DNA from: Escherichia coli
GTDB lineage: Bacteria; Pseudomonadota; Gammaproteobacteria; Enterobacterales; Enterobacteriaceae
Reading direction: 5' to 3' (one strand)
Assembly (NCBI RefSeq): GCF_003334315.1
Contig: NZ_QOWR01000038.1
DNA: 45,313 nucleotides
Shown: piece by piece, positions 1 to 11,655 of the stretch
How positions within the stretch are numbered: the stretch's first letter is position 1
How the letters are laid out: every line of letters starts with the position of its first letter
Notes under the pieces: model-generated
Database searches by the model: none
The model's input: the letters and a program-made list of their open reading frames with translations, nothing else
Told to the model about the DNA's origin: nothing
Made by a program: the position numbers and the translations under genes

Positions 1-81
1 AAGTCGCTGTCGTTCTCAAAATCGGTGGAGCTGCATGACAAAGTCATCGGGCATTATCTGAACATAAAACACTATCAATAA
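1..81 (+). CDS. insB: IS1 transposase InsB, C-terminal fragment (partial at window edge)
   Basis: Frame 1 reads [26 protein letters not shown] with stop TAA at 79-81. This is identical to the C-terminus of the 125-aa ORF at 44876-45253. Confidence 0.85.
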   Translation, partial: KSLSFSKSVELHDKVIGHYLNIKHYQ

Positions 82-96
82 GTTGGAGTCATTACC
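1..96 (+). mobile_element. IS1 right end (3' part of insB plus terminal inverted repeat), cut by the window edge
   Basis: Ends with ...caataagttggagtcattacc, the complement of the IS1 terminal repeat GGTAATGACTCCAACTTATTGATAGTG. Positions 1-96 are the exact reverse complement of 44861-44956. Confidence 0.9.
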
Positions 97-196
97 CTTC
101 TCCTTGATATAATCCTAAAAAAATCTCATAAAATTAATATATGAGATAATCTTTATTCAGCAGAAGATTATTAAAGGTTGCTGTATTATTTAGCGA

Positions 197-223
197 TAAA
201 AAAAGCCTGCCAGATGGCAGGCT
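197..223 (-). terminator. Rho-independent terminator of glyQS
   Basis: Perfect 8-bp stem agcctgcc/ggcaggct (204-211 / 216-223), followed on the minus strand by a T-run (A-run 197-203 on plus), 18 nt downstream of the glyS stop. Confidence 0.75.
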
Positions 224-240
224 ATTTAATAACGGCGTTA

Positions 241-2310
241 TTATTGCAACAGCGAAATATCCGCAACGCGCAGGAACAGTTCGCGCAGTTTCTCCAGCAT
301 GGTCAGACGGTTGATACGCAATTCTTTGTCATCAACCATGACCATCACTTTATCGAAGAAAGCATCAACCGGTTCACGCAGCTCAGCCAGTTCGACCAGC
401 GCATCCTGGTAACGACCTTCCGTAAAGTACGGCTCCAGCTTGTCACGTAGCACCACAACCTGCATCGCCAGTTTAATTTCTTCCGGCTCTTTCAGGGTAG
501 AGGCATTCACGCGGTCGCTCAGCACTTCGTCAGATTTCGCCAGAATGTTAGATACACGTTTGTTCGCCGCCGCCAGTGCAGCAGCTGCATCCAGGGTACG
601 GAAATGCGATACCGCTTTCATACGGGCATCGAAATCAGCCGGACGAGTCGGACGACGCGCCAGTACCGCCTGGATGGTGTCAACGGTATAACCTTCGTCC
701 TGATACCAGGCGCGGAAGCGACCGAGCATAAAGTCGATAACATCATCAACTACGTTGGCATTAGTCAGCTTATCGCCATACAGACGCACCGCTTCTTCGG
801 TCAGCGTTTGCAGATCAAGGTTGAGGTTCTTCTCAACGATAATTCGCAGCACGCCAAGCGCGGCACGACGCAGCGCAAACGGGTCTTTGTCGCCTTTCGG
901 ATGCTGACCGATACCGAAGATACCCGCCAGGGTATCCATCTTGTCAGCAATCGCCAGCGCACAAGCTACTGGGTTGGACGGCAGGTCATCACCAGCAAAA
1001 CGCGGCTGATACTGCTCATTCAGCGCCACCGCGACATCTTCCGCTTCGCCATCGTGACGCGCATAGTGCATCCCCATAACGCCCTGGGTGTCGGTGAACT
1101 CGAAGACCATGTTGGTCATCAGGTCGCACTTAGACAGCAGACCCGCACGGGTAGCGTGGTTAACGTCAGCGCCAATCTGTTCAGCAATCCAGCCAGCCAG
1201 CGCCTGGATGCGGTCAGTTTTGTCGCGCAGCGTCCCCAACTGTTGCTGGAACAACACGGTTTGCAGGCGCGGCAGGTTATCTTCAAGACGTTTTTTACGG
1301 TCGGTGTTGAAGAAGAACTCGGCATCCGCCAGACGCGGACGAACGACTTTCTCGTTACCGGAGATAATCTGCTGCGGATCTTTCGATTCGATGTTGGCAA
1401 CGAAGATAAAGTTCGGCAGCAGTTTGCCGTCGTTCGCATACACCGGGAAGTATTTCTGGTCACCTTTCATGGTGTAAACCAGCGCTTCAGCCGGCACCGC
1501 GAGGAATTTCTCTTCGAATTTTGCGGTCAGAACGACCGGCCACTCCACCAGCGAAGCCACTTCTTCCAGCAGGCTTTCGCTTAAGTCAGCGTTACCGCCA
1601 ATCTTACGCGCTGCTTCTTCGGCATCGGCTTTAATCTTCGCCTTACGTTCTTCGTAATCGGCGATGACTTTCCCACGCTCACGCAGAATTTCCGGATACT
1701 GATCGGCGTTATCGATGGTGAATTCCGGCTCGCCCATAAAGCGGTGGCCGCGAATCACGCGATCGGACTGAATGCCCAGAATGGTTGCCGGAATGACTTT
1801 GTCGCCCAGCAGCAGGGTCACGGTGTGCACCGGACGCACGAAGTGCACGTCGCTTGCGCCCCAACGCATCAGTTTCGGGATCGGCAGTTTCGCCAGAGAA
1901 GTCGCAACCATATTCGGCAGCAGTGCTTCGGTGCTTTCGCCCTTCACATGGGCGCGATACAGCAGCCATTCGCCTTTATCGGTAGTCAGACGCTCAGCCT
2001 GGTCAACGGTAATACCGCAACCACGCGCCCAACCTTCTGCCGCTTTGCTCGGTTTGCCTTCAGCGTCGAACGCCTGGGCAATCGCCGGGCCGCGTTTTTC
2101 GATTTCACGATCCGGTTGCGCTTCCGCCAGGTTAGCTACTTTCAGCGCCAGACGACGCGGAGCAGCAAACCATTGAACGGTGCCGTGTGCGAGGCCAGCG
2201 TTATCCAGCTCCGCAGTAAAGTTCGCAGCAAAGGACTCAGCCAGGCTGCGCAGTGCTTTTGGTGGCAGCTCTTCAGTGCCGATTTCCACCAGAAAAGTTT
2301 TCTCAGACAT
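241..2310 (-). CDS. glyS: Glycine--tRNA ligase beta subunit
   Basis: 689-aa ORF starting [20 protein letters not shown], recognised as E. coli GlyS with the same length as K-12. It lies directly downstream of glyQ. Confidence 0.97.
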   Translation of the reverse strand: MSEKTFLVEIGTEELPPKALRSLAESFAANFTAELDNAGLAHGTVQWFAAPRRLALKVANLAEAQPDREIEKRGPAIAQAFDAEGKPSKAAEGWARGCGITVDQAERLTTDKGEWLLYRAHVKGESTEALLPNMVATSLAKLPIPKLMRWGASDVHFVRPVHTVTLLLGDKVIPATILGIQSDRVIRGHRFMGEPEFTIDNADQYPEILRERGKVIADYEERKAKIKADAEEAARKIGGNADLSESLLEEVASLVEWPVVLTAKFEEKFLAVPAEALVYTMKGDQKYFPVYANDGKLLPNFIFVANIESKDPQQIISGNEKVVRPRLADAEFFFNTDRKKRLEDNLPRLQTVLFQQQLGTLRDKTDRIQALAGWIAEQIGADVNHATRAGLLSKCDLMTNMVFEFTDTQGVMGMHYARHDGEAEDVAVALNEQYQPRFAGDDLPSNPVACALAIADKMDTLAGIFGIGQHPKGDKDPFALRRAALGVLRIIVEKNLNLDLQTLTEEAVRLYGDKLTNANVVDDVIDFMLGRFRAWYQDEGYTVDTIQAVLARRPTRPADFDARMKAVSHFRTLDAAAALAAANKRVSNILAKSDEVLSDRVNASTLKEPEEIKLAMQVVVLRDKLEPYFTEGRYQDALVELAELREPVDAFFDKVMVMVDDKELRINRLTMLEKLRELFLRVADISLLQ

Positions 2311-2319
2311 AGCCGCCTC

Positions 2320-3231
2320 TTACTTATCTTTGTTGCACATCGGGAAGCCGAGGGCTTCACGGGAAGCGTAGTATGCTTCTGCCACTGCTTTGGTCAGGGT
2401 GCGAATGCGCAGAATGTAGCGCTGACGCTCGGTGACGGAGATGGCTTTACGCGCATCCAGCAGGTTGAAGCTGTGGGCGGCTTTCAGAATACGCTCGTAG
2501 GCTGGCAGCGGCAGCGGATTTTCCAGCGCCAGCAGCTGCTGCGCTTCTTTCTCGTACTGCTCGAAGCAGGTGAACAGGAAGTCCACATCCGCGTATTCGA
2601 AGTTGTAAGTGGACTGCTCCACTTCGTTCTGATGGAACACGTCGCCGTAGGTGGTTTTACCCAGCGGGCCGTCGCTCCAGACCAGGTCGTAAACGCTGTC
2701 TACGCCCTGAATGTACATGGCCAGACGTTCCAGACCGTAGGTGATCTCGCCGGTAACCGGTTTACACTCCAGACCACCAACCTGCTGGAAGTAAGTGAAC
2801 TGCGTCACTTCCATGCCGTTCAGCCACACTTCCCAGCCCAGTCCCCAGGCACCCAGCGTCGGGTTTTCCCAGTTATCTTCCACGAAACGGATGTCGTGAA
2901 TAGTCGGGTCCATGCCCAGCTCTTTCAGAGAACCGAGGTACAGCTCCTGAATATTGTCCGGCGATGGCTTAATGACCACCTGGAACTGATAGTAGTGCTG
3001 TAAACGGTTGGGGTTTTCGCCGTAGCGACCATCGGTCGGGCGACGAGAAGGCTGAACATAAGCAGCCGCCATCGGTTCTGGCCCCAGCGCGCGCAGACAG
3101 GTCATTGGGTGAGAGGTTCCCGCGCCGACTTCCATGTCCAATGGTTGAACAATGGTGCAGCCCTGGCGAGCCCAGTAATCCTGTAAGGTCAGGATCAAGC
3201 CCTGGAAGGTCCTGGTATCAAACTTTTGCAT
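2320..3231 (-). CDS. glyQ: Glycine--tRNA ligase alpha subunit
   Basis: 303-aa ORF starting [25 protein letters not shown], recognised as E. coli GlyQ. There is a 9-nt gap to glyS. Confidence 0.97.
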
Positions 3232-3325
3232 ATTATTTCGTGCTGGATACGTGTGGATTTAAAGGAAGGGATCAGTATACCTGCTGGATGGAAGATATAC
3301 AGTACGAAACGGGAAAAAGCAGGGC

Positions 3326-3625
3326 TTAACGCATGGAAAGATGCAAAAAATGGCCATCCGCGTCAAAAGAACAGACAAACTGCTCTTTACGGAAGGTATA
3401 ACCGCGCATTTCATAGCTTCCCTGGAACTGTTCGAAGGCGGTGACGTCGATTTTTTGCTCGCCGGTGTTATAACGTTTTGCCGCCTGATCCTTGCATAAC
3501 GCTTCCATATTCAACGAACGCAGAGGATCAACCTTTACCCGTTGTGCTTTCTGCACGGGTGACGGTATAGAACAACCCACTAGCACCATAAGCGCCATTG
3601 CCGGAAAGAAAGCGTTCATCATCAT
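3326..3625 (-). CDS. ysaB: Small lipoprotein YsaB
   Basis: 99-aa ORF with a signal peptide and lipobox (LVGC). It matches the K-12 position between glyQ and yiaH. Confidence 0.8.
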   Translation of the reverse strand: MMMNAFFPAMALMVLVGCSIPSPVQKAQRVKVDPLRSLNMEALCKDQAAKRYNTGEQKIDVTAFEQFQGSYEMRGYTFRKEQFVCSFDADGHFLHLSMR

Positions 3626-3799
3626 TAAATTACCGTCTGGTTTGCAGGTGAGTCTTATTATTTATATCGGTATAGTGGCTGATATCTTACGAATTTCCTT
3701 AAGCCTCTATAAGCTGTAGTGATAAAACTCAGATTATTCCAGTGCGCCAACCAAATGATTTATCGGTCAGACTTTTTTTAACCAGATACAGAGACACAG

Positions 3800-4795
3800 A
3801 TGCAGCCCAAAATTTACTGGATTGATAACCTGCGAGGGATAGCGTGTTTAATGGTGGTGATGATTCACACCACTACCTGGTATGTGACCAATGCTCATAG
3901 TGTTAGCCCCGTCACATGGGATATCGCCAATGTTCTGAATTCTGCCTCTCGTGTCAGCGTGCCGCTATTTTTCATGATTTCCGGCTATCTCTTTTTTGGC
4001 GAACGCAGCGCCCAGCCGCGCCATTTCTTGCGTATCGGCTTATGTCTGATTTTTTATAGCGCAATCGCACTGCTCTACATTGCGCTGTTTACCTCCATCA
4101 ATATGGAGTTAGCGCTGAAAAACCTGCTGCAAAAGCCAGTGTTTTACCACTTGTGGTTTTTCTTCGCGATTGCGGTGATTTATCTGGTTTCACCGCTGAT
4201 TCAGGTGAAGAACGTCGGCGGAAAAATGTTGCTGGTGCTAATGGCGGTGATTGGCATTATCGCTAACCCAAACACAGTGCCGCAGAAAATTGACGGTTTT
4301 GAATGGCTGCCAATTAACTTATATATCAATGGCGATACTTTTTACTACATTCTGTATGGCATGTTGGGCCGCGCTATAGGGATGATGGACACACAGCATA
4401 AAGCACTGTCGTGGGTGAGCGCCGCGCTGTTTGCGACGGGGGTTTTTATTATCTCTCGCGGGACATTATATGAATTGCAGTGGCGCGGAAATTTTGCCGA
4501 TACCTGGTATCTTTACTGTGGGCCGATGGTTTTTATCTGCGCAATCGCGCTATTGACTCTGGTTAAAAACACGCTGGATACGCGTACCATTCGCGGACTT
4601 GGCTTAATCTCCCGCCATTCATTGGGTATATACGGATTCCACGCCTTGATTATCCATGCGCTGCGCACCCGGGGAATTGAGCTTAAAAATTGGCCAATAC
4701 TGGATATTATTTGGATCTTTTGCGCGACGTTGGCAGCGAGTTTGTTACTTTCTATGCTGGTACAACGAATCGACAGAAACAGATTAGTGAGTTAA
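3800..4795 (+). CDS. wecH: Membrane acyltransferase family 3 protein (enterobacterial common antigen O-acetyltransferase)
   Basis: 331-aa polytopic membrane ORF starting [24 protein letters not shown] (acyltransferase_3 N-terminal motif). Position and length match K-12 yiaH/wecH. Confidence 0.88.
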
Positions 4796-4800
4796 GTAAA

Positions 4801-4828
4801 AGCCCGGTCACATTGGACTGACCGGGCT
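4801..4828. terminator. Stem-loop between the convergent genes wecH and yiaA
   Basis: 10-bp perfect stem agcccggtca/tgaccgggct with an 8-nt loop. On the minus strand it is followed by TTTACTT. The T-tract is weak, so intrinsic termination is only probable. Confidence 0.5.
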
Positions 4829-4836
4829 TACGTGAG

Positions 4837-5277
4837 TTATTCGCTGTATTCTTCCTGGGTAACCTGTGTTTCTTTTGGTGGGTTTATTCCGGCATCACGA
4901 ATATTTTTCTGCACCGCTACTGCACCAAACAAGCTTAAGAAGAAAGCCAGTCCATAAAAACCTTTTTCGCTGAGTAATAATGTCGCATTCCACAGACCTA
5001 CCATCAGTAATGCAACAGAGATAATAAAGACAGTCAGGCAGGTCATATAATAAATGGAAGTGGTCGGTATGCCTTCATACTTGTCCCGAACGGTCTTTTG
5101 ATAAGACGCCGCAGAAAACAGTCCTAATACCAGTACGGCAAAATAATATCCTTTTTCATTTAACTGCATCTCTGCATTCCATAGCCCTAACAGATAGGTA
5201 ACGATACCACCAACGAGAGCTATCCATGACACAATACTAAAGGCCGGTGAATAGGTTGATATTTTGTTGTCCATCAC
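4837..5277 (-). CDS. yiaA: Inner membrane protein YiaA (YiaAB two-helix repeat family)
   Basis: 146-aa ORF with four hydrophobic helices. Repeated motif EKGYYF / EKGFYG shared with yiaB. The true start may be the second Met (5274). Confidence 0.85.
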
Positions 5278-5319
5278 AGTATTCCTTTCATTCCTGAATA
5301 TGTAAGAGCTTTATGTTGC

Positions 5320-5661
5320 TCATGCCGAGCGAAACAAACGCATTTGACCAAACAAGCAGACAAAAAAGGCGATGGGATAGATCACCATTTCATAAGTATT
5401 GATAGGTGCGTTTAAAACACCGATAAACAAGAGACCGATAGTGATTAACGCAACTAACTGGCAGATATGGGTAAAAAAATCATCCAGTTGCCCGAGTTTT
5501 TCTGCGCGAAGATATGCATAGTTGCCAAAAGTTGCTGTCATTAACACGCCAAGAAAATAGCCTTTTCCACTTAACAATGGGCATGAGATCCATAGCCCAA
5601 CCAGATAAACCAGCGCCCCGACAACAAATAATAGTTTTGCCACAGTCTTTGAGGTTTTCAT
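5320..5661 (-). CDS. yiaB: Inner membrane protein YiaB
   Basis: The ORF track gives 127 aa. The internal Met (MKTSKTVAKLLF) is preceded by GGAG and gives the 113-aa K-12 length. Paralogous to yiaA. Confidence 0.8.
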   Translation of the reverse strand: MKTSKTVAKLLFVVGALVYLVGLWISCPLLSGKGYFLGVLMTATFGNYAYLRAEKLGQLDDFFTHICQLVALITIGLLFIGVLNAPINTYEMVIYPIAFFVCLFGQMRLFRSA

Positions 5662-5829
5662 AACGATCTCCATATCTACCAGCGATACATTACGAGTAAC
5701 CAACGAAAGACAAAACTGAAAAATGCCATTAACAAATGATTTTCAGAATAAATTCATACTAAATATTAATTAATTACTGAGATATATAGATGTGAATTAT
5801 CCCCCACCCGGTCAGGCAGGGGATAACGT

Positions 5830-7284
5830 TTACGCCATTAATGGCAGAAGTTGCTGATAGAGGCGACGGAACGTTTCTCGTCGTGGCTGATAAGCGGCAT
5901 AACGCTGCGCATCTGGTAGATGCGACTGTTCTAACGGTAGTTGCGGCAACAATTCAATGAGCGATTTCTCTGGATTCGCCGCGATCTGCGCCAGCCTTGC
6001 TGCGCCCAGTGCTGGCCCCACATCCCCCCCCGTACGGTAATCGAGCTGCTGACCGCTGATATCCGCCAACATCTGACGCCAGTACTCACTACGCGCCCCG
6101 CCACCAATCAACGTAACACTTTGCGGTTTAATGCCGCAGGCATGCACGACATCCATGCCATCTGCCAGCGCATAACCCACGCCTTCCAGCACTGCTCGCG
6201 CCAGTTCATTGGGGCCATGTTGATGAGTCAAACCAAAGAAAACCCCCTTCGCCTGGGGATTATTGTGTGGCGTACGCTCGCCGGAAAGATAAGGCAGAAA
6301 CCAAACTGGCTCGGCACTTTCATCAGCCTGTTGAGCTGCAGCGATTAAAGCTGGAACATTGCTCAGGCCGGTTAATTTCGCGGCCCAATCCAGACACGAC
6401 GCCGCACTCAGCATTACAGACATTAAATGCCAACGTTGCGGTAGCGCATGGCAAAAGCTGTGTACGGCGCTTTCTGGCTTGCTTAAGAACCCTTCGCTGA
6501 CAGCAAAATAGACCCCCGACGTCCCCAGCGATAACATTGCCTGATTAGCATCAACCATTCCCACACCAACCGCACCAGCTGCATTGTCGCCACCGCCTGC
6601 GACAACTGGCACCGTCGCCATACCCCACGCTTTCGCAACTTCAGGTAACAAAGCACCAGTAATTTCGCTGCCTTCGTATAATGCGGGCATCTGGTCACGA
6701 GATAAGTCGCAAGCCTGCAGCATGACGTCACTCCAGTCACGCTTTGCGACATCCAGCCACATGGTGCCAGCTGCGTCAGACATATCGCTGGCAAACTCCC
6801 CCGTCATACGCAGACGCAAGTAATCTTTCGGTAATAATACTTTGTCGATTTGACGGAATATCTCCGGCTCATGCCGCTGAACCCATAGCAATTTAGGCGC
6901 AGTAAATCCGGGCATCATCAGGTTGCCGGTAATCACCCGCGATTGCGGAACTCGCGCTTCCAGCAAAGTGCACTCTTGCGCACAGCGCCCGTCGTTCCAC
7001 AAAATGGCAGGGCGTAACACCCGTTGCTGAGCATCCAGCAAGGTTGCTCCGTGCATCTGGCCGGCAATACCCAATGCTTTAACGTCCTGCAGAGAATGCT
7101 GATCGCCCAGAGCTTTCATTGCGCGATCAGTTGCCTGCCACCACTGTTCCGGGTCTTGTTCCGACCAGAGTGGATGCGGGCGCGAAACGGTCAGCTTTTC
7201 CGTTTGCGCAGCAACCACCTCACCCTGCTCGTTGAGCAAAATAACTTTTACGCCCGAGGTGCCAAGATCTATCCCGATATACAT
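5830..7284 (-). CDS. xylB: Xylulokinase
   Basis: 484-aa FGGY-family kinase starting MYIGIDLGTSGVKVILL, downstream of xylA. Confidence 0.96.
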   Translation of the reverse strand: MYIGIDLGTSGVKVILLNEQGEVVAAQTEKLTVSRPHPLWSEQDPEQWWQATDRAMKALGDQHSLQDVKALGIAGQMHGATLLDAQQRVLRPAILWNDGRCAQECTLLEARVPQSRVITGNLMMPGFTAPKLLWVQRHEPEIFRQIDKVLLPKDYLRLRMTGEFASDMSDAAGTMWLDVAKRDWSDVMLQACDLSRDQMPALYEGSEITGALLPEVAKAWGMATVPVVAGGGDNAAGAVGVGMVDANQAMLSLGTSGVYFAVSEGFLSKPESAVHSFCHALPQRWHLMSVMLSAASCLDWAAKLTGLSNVPALIAAAQQADESAEPVWFLPYLSGERTPHNNPQAKGVFFGLTHQHGPNELARAVLEGVGYALADGMDVVHACGIKPQSVTLIGGGARSEYWRQMLADISGQQLDYRTGGDVGPALGAARLAQIAANPEKSLIELLPQLPLEQSHLPDAQRYAAYQPRRETFRRLYQQLLPLMA

Positions 7285-7355
7285 ATCGATCGTTCCTTAA
7301 AAAAATGCCCGGTATCGCTACCGATAACCGGGCCAACGGACTGCACAGTTAGCCG

Positions 7356-8678
7356 TTATTTGTCGAACAGATAATGGTTTACCAGATTTTCCAGTTGTTC
7401 CTGGCGACCACTCTGATGCACCGGAGACAAATGATGTTCCTGAGCATATTTGGCTAAATCTGCCAGTGACATTTGGCCTTTCAGGATTTGCTGGCCCAAT
7501 TCGCTATTCCAGCCGGAATAACGCTGCGCGATGCGTTTATCCAGCTCGCCATCTTCAATCATGCGCGCTGCAATTTTCAGCGCCAGTGCCATCGTATCCA
7601 TCGCGCCGATATGACCGTAAAACAGATCATATTTATCAGTACTTTGACGACGTACTTTGGCATCGAAGTTCAGACCACCGGTGGTGAAACCGCCTGCTTT
7701 GAGAATTTCATACATCACCAGCGCATTCTCTTCCACACTGTTCGGGAACTGGTCGGTGTCCCAGCCCAGTTGCGCATCGCCACGGTTGGCGTCGACAGAA
7801 CCGAACAGGCCAAGCGCAATGGCGGTGGCTATTTCATGATGGAAAGAGTGACCTGCCAGCGTCGCGTGGTTAGCTTCAATGTTCAGTTTAATCTCTTTTT
7901 CCAGACCAAACTGTTTCAGGAAGCCATAGACCGTCGCGGCATCGTAATCATATTGATGTTTGGTCGGTTCTTGCGGTTTCGGTTCGATAAGCAACGTGCC
8001 CTGGAAACCGATTTTATGTTTATGCTCAACCACCATCTGCATAAAGCGGCCCAGTTGTTCACGCTCCTGACGCAAGTCGGTATTTAACAGCGTTTCGTAA
8101 CCTTCACGACCGCCCCACAGGACATAGTTTTCACCGCCCAATTTATGGGTTGCTTCCATCGCTGTAACAACTTGCGTTGCCGCCCAGCTGAAGACTTCAG
8201 GATCTGGGTTCGTCGCCGCACCCGCGCCGTAGCGAGGGTTTGTAAAGCAGTTGGCGGTTCCCCACAGCAGCTTCACGCCGCTCTCTTCTTGCTTGCCTGC
8301 CAGGACATCAACCATTTGCGCAAAATTATTGATGTACTCTTTTAACGACGCGCCCTCAGGGGAAACATCCACATCGTGGAAGCAATAAAATGGCACATGT
8401 AACTTGTGGAAAAACTCAAATGCGACATCTGCTTTACGCTTCGCCAACGCCAGTGCCTCACCAGGCTGCTGCCACGGACGATTAAACGCCCCCACACCAA
8501 ACATATCCGCCCCGTTCCAGCAGAAGGTGTGCCAGTAGCAGGCGGCAAAACGCAAGTGCTCTTCCATACGCTTACCCAACACCAGTTCGTCGGGATTGTA
8601 GTGACGGAATGCTAACGGGTTTGAGGATTTTGAGCCTTCATAACGAACGCGATCGAGCTGGTCAAAATAGGCTTGCAT
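7356..8678 (-). CDS. xylA: Xylose isomerase
   Basis: The ORF contains [15 protein letters not shown]...; starting at this Met (GGAG 8 nt upstream) gives the 440-aa K-12 XylA. The track's 444-aa version starts 4 codons earlier. Confidence 0.96.
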
Positions 8679-9043
8679 ATTGAACTCCATAATCAGGTAA
8701 TGCCGCGGGTGATGGATGATGTCGTAATATTGGGCACTCCCTTTCAGTTGCTCAATTATGTTATTTCACACTGCTATTGAGATAATTCACAAGTGTGCGC
8801 TCGCTCGCAAAATAAAATGGAATGATGAAACTGGGTAATTCCTCGAAGAGAAAAATGCAATAAGTACAATTGCGCAACAAAAGTAAGATCTCGGTCATAA
8901 ATCAAGAAATAAACCAAAAATCGTAATCGAAAGATAAAAATCTGTAATTGTTTTCCCCTGTTTAGTTGCTAAAAATTGGTTACGTTTATCGCGGTGATTG
9001 TTACTTATTAAAACTGTCCTCTAACTACAGAAGGCCCTACACC
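8679..9043. promoter_or_regulatory. Divergent xylAB / xylFGHR control region (XylR and CRP-dependent promoters)
   Basis: A 365-bp AT-rich intergenic region between divergent xylA and xylF. From established E. coli knowledge this region carries the two XylR-activated promoters and a CRP site. I did not map individual sites with confidence. Confidence 0.6.
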
Positions 9044-10036
9044 ATGAAAATAAAGAACATTCTACTCACCCTTTGCACCTCACTCCTGCTTACCAACGTT
9101 GCTGCACACGCCAAAGAAGTCAAAATAGGTATGGCGATTGATGATCTCCGTCTTGAACGCTGGCAAAAAGATCGAGATATCTTTGTGAAAAAGGCAGAAT
9201 CTCTCGGCGCGAAAGTATTTGTACAGTCTGCAAATGGCAATGAAGAAACACAAATGTCGCAGATTGAAAACATGATAAACCGGGGTGTCGATGTTCTTGT
9301 CATTATTCCGTATAACGGTCAGGTATTAAGTAACGTTGTAAAAGAAGCCAAACAAGAAGGCATTAAAGTATTAGCTTACGACCGTATGATTAACGATGCG
9401 GATATCGATTTTTATATTTCTTTCGATAACGAAAAAGTCGGTGAACTGCAGGCAAAAGCCCTGGTCGATATTGTTCCGCAAGGTAATTACTTCCTGATGG
9501 GCGGCTCGCCGGTAGATAACAATGCCAAGCTGTTCCGCGCCGGACAAATGAAAGTGTTAAAACCTTACGTTGATTCCGGAAAAATTAAAGTCGTTGGTGA
9601 CCAATGGGTTGATGGCTGGTTACCGGAAAACGCATTGAAAATTATGGAAAACGCGCTAACCGCCAATAATAACAAAATTGATGCTGTAGTTGCCTCAAAC
9701 GATGCCACCGCAGGTGGGGCAATTCAGGCATTAAGCGCGCAAGGTTTATCAGGGAAAGTAGCAATCTCCGGCCAGGATGCGGATCTCGCAGGTATTAAAC
9801 GTATTGCTGCCGGTACGCAAACTATGACGGTGTATAAACCTATTACGTTGTTGGCAAATACTGCCGCAGAAATTGCCGTTGAGTTGGGCAATGGTCAGGA
9901 ACCAAAAGCAGATACCACACTGAATAATGGCCTGAAAGATGTCCCCTCCCGCCTCCTGACACCGATCGATGTGAATAAAAACAACATCAAAGATACGGTA
10001 ATTAAAGACGGATTCCACAAAGAGAGCGAGCTGTAA
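9044..10036 (+). CDS. xylF: D-xylose ABC transporter periplasmic binding protein
   Basis: MKIKNILLTLCTSLLLTNVAAHA signal peptide, 330 aa from the ATG at 9044. The track ORF begins upstream at a non-ATG codon. Confidence 0.95.
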   Translation: MKIKNILLTLCTSLLLTNVAAHAKEVKIGMAIDDLRLERWQKDRDIFVKKAESLGAKVFVQSANGNEETQMSQIENMINRGVDVLVIIPYNGQVLSNVVKEAKQEGIKVLAYDRMINDADIDFYISFDNEKVGELQAKALVDIVPQGNYFLMGGSPVDNNAKLFRAGQMKVLKPYVDSGKIKVVGDQWVDGWLPENALKIMENALTANNNKIDAVVASNDATAGGAIQALSAQGLSGKVAISGQDADLAGIKRIAAGTQTMTVYKPITLLANTAAEIAVELGNGQEPKADTTLNNGLKDVPSRLLTPIDVNKNNIKDTVIKDGFHKESEL

Positions 10037-10041
10037 GCGTT

Positions 10042-10066
10042 ACGCCCCAGCGCGGAGCGGGGGCGT
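10042..10066 (+). other. Intercistronic GC-rich stem-loop after xylF
   Basis: acgcccc(10042-10048)...ggggcgt(10060-10066), followed by gatttctct. It could act as a partial terminator or mRNA stabiliser giving higher xylF than xylGH expression. Confidence 0.45.
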
Positions 10067-10113
10067 GATTTCTCTCCATGCCGCGTGAATGAATTGGCTT
10101 AGGTGGAGTCGTT

Positions 10114-11655
10114 ATGCCTTATCTACTTGAAATGAAGAACATTACCAAAACCTTCGGCAGTGTGAAGGCGATTGATAACGTCTGCTTGCGGTTGAATGCT
10201 GGCGAAATCGTCTCACTTTGTGGGGAAAATGGGTCTGGTAAATCAACGCTGATGAAAGTGCTGTGTGGTATTTATCCCCATGGCTCCTACGAAGGCGAAA
10301 TTATTTTTGCGGGAGAAGAGATTCAGGCGAGTCACATCCGCGATACCGAACGCAAAGGTATCGCCATCATTCATCAGGAATTGGCCCTGGTGAAAGAATT
10401 GACCGTGCTGGAAAATATCTTCCTGGGTAACGAAATAACCCACAATGGCATTATGGATTATGACCTGATGACGCTACGCTGTCAGAAGCTGCTCGCACAG
10501 GTCAGTTTATCCATTTCACCTGATACCCGCGTTGGCGATTTAGGGCTTGGGCAACAACAACTGGTTGAAATTGCCAAGGCACTTAATAAACAGGTGCGCT
10601 TGTTAATTCTCGATGAACCGACAGCCTCATTAACTGAGCAGGAAACGTCGGTTTTACTGGATATTATTCGCGATCTACAACAGCACGGTATCGCCTGTAT
10701 TTATATTTCGCACAAACTCAACGAAGTCAAAGCGATTTCCGATACGATTTGCGTTATTCGCGACGGACAGCACATTGGTACGCGTGATGCTGCCGGAATG
10801 AGTGAAGACGATATTATCACCATGATGGTCGGGCGAGAGTTAACCGCGCTTTACCCTAATGAACCACATACCACCGGAGATGAAATATTACGTATTGAAC
10901 ATCTGACGGCATGGCATCCGGTTAATCGTCATATTAAACGAGTTAATGATATCTCGTTTTCCCTGAAACGTGGCGAAATATTGGGTATTGCCGGACTCGT
11001 TGGTGCCGGACGTACCGAGACCATTCAGTGCCTGTTTGGTGTGTGGCCCGGACAATGGGAAGGAAAAATTTATATTGATGGCAAACAGGTAGATATTCGT
11101 AACTGTCAGCAAGCCATCGCCCAGGGGATTGCGATGGTCCCCGAAGACAGAAAGCGCGACGGCATCGTTCCGGTAATGGCGGTTGGTAAAAATATTACCC
11201 TCGCCGCACTCAATAAATTTACCGGTGGCATTAGCCAGCTTGATGACGCGGCAGAGCAAAAATGTATTCTGGAATCAATCCAGCAACTCAAAGTTAAAAC
11301 GTCGTCCCCCGACCTTGCTATTGGACGTTTGAGCGGCGGCAATCAGCAAAAAGCGATCCTCGCTCGCTGTCTGTTACTTAACCCGCGCATTCTCATTCTT
11401 GATGAACCCACCAGGGGTATCGATATTGGCGCGAAATACGAGATCTACAAATTAATTAACCAACTCGTCCAGCAGGGTATTGCCGTTATTGTCATCTCTT
11501 CCGAATTACCTGAAGTGCTCGGCCTTAGCGATCGTGTACTGGTGATGCATGAAGGGAAACTAAAAGCCAACCTGATAAATCATAACCTGACTCAGGAGCA
11601 GGTGATGGAAGCCGCATTGAGGAGCGAACATCATGTCGAAAAGCAATCCGTCTGA
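10114..11655 (+). CDS. xylG: D-xylose ABC transporter ATP-binding protein (duplicated ABC domains)
   Basis: 513 aa with Walker [10 protein letters not shown], signature LSGGNQQK and a second nucleotide-binding domain. Overlaps xylH by 23 nt. Confidence 0.95.

Noticed and set aside
604-3003. Long plus-strand ORFs (604-1584, 326 aa; 1744-3003, 419 aa) antisense to glyS/glyQ
   Set aside because: They lie entirely inside the well-recognised glyS and glyQ genes on the opposite strand. Their translations are low-complexity and Arg/Gln/His-rich with no recognisable motifs. These are typical shadow ORFs of GC-balanced genes.
8966-9043. Upstream extensions of track ORFs: xylF from 8966, avtA from 17513, sgbU from 27055, yiaB from 5703, gmm from 36402, gmd from 38461
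   Set aside because: The extensions begin at non-ATG or poorly placed codons and lack an RBS. They would also destroy the known signal peptides or gene lengths. Internal starts with good SD sequences reproduce the K-12 lengths.
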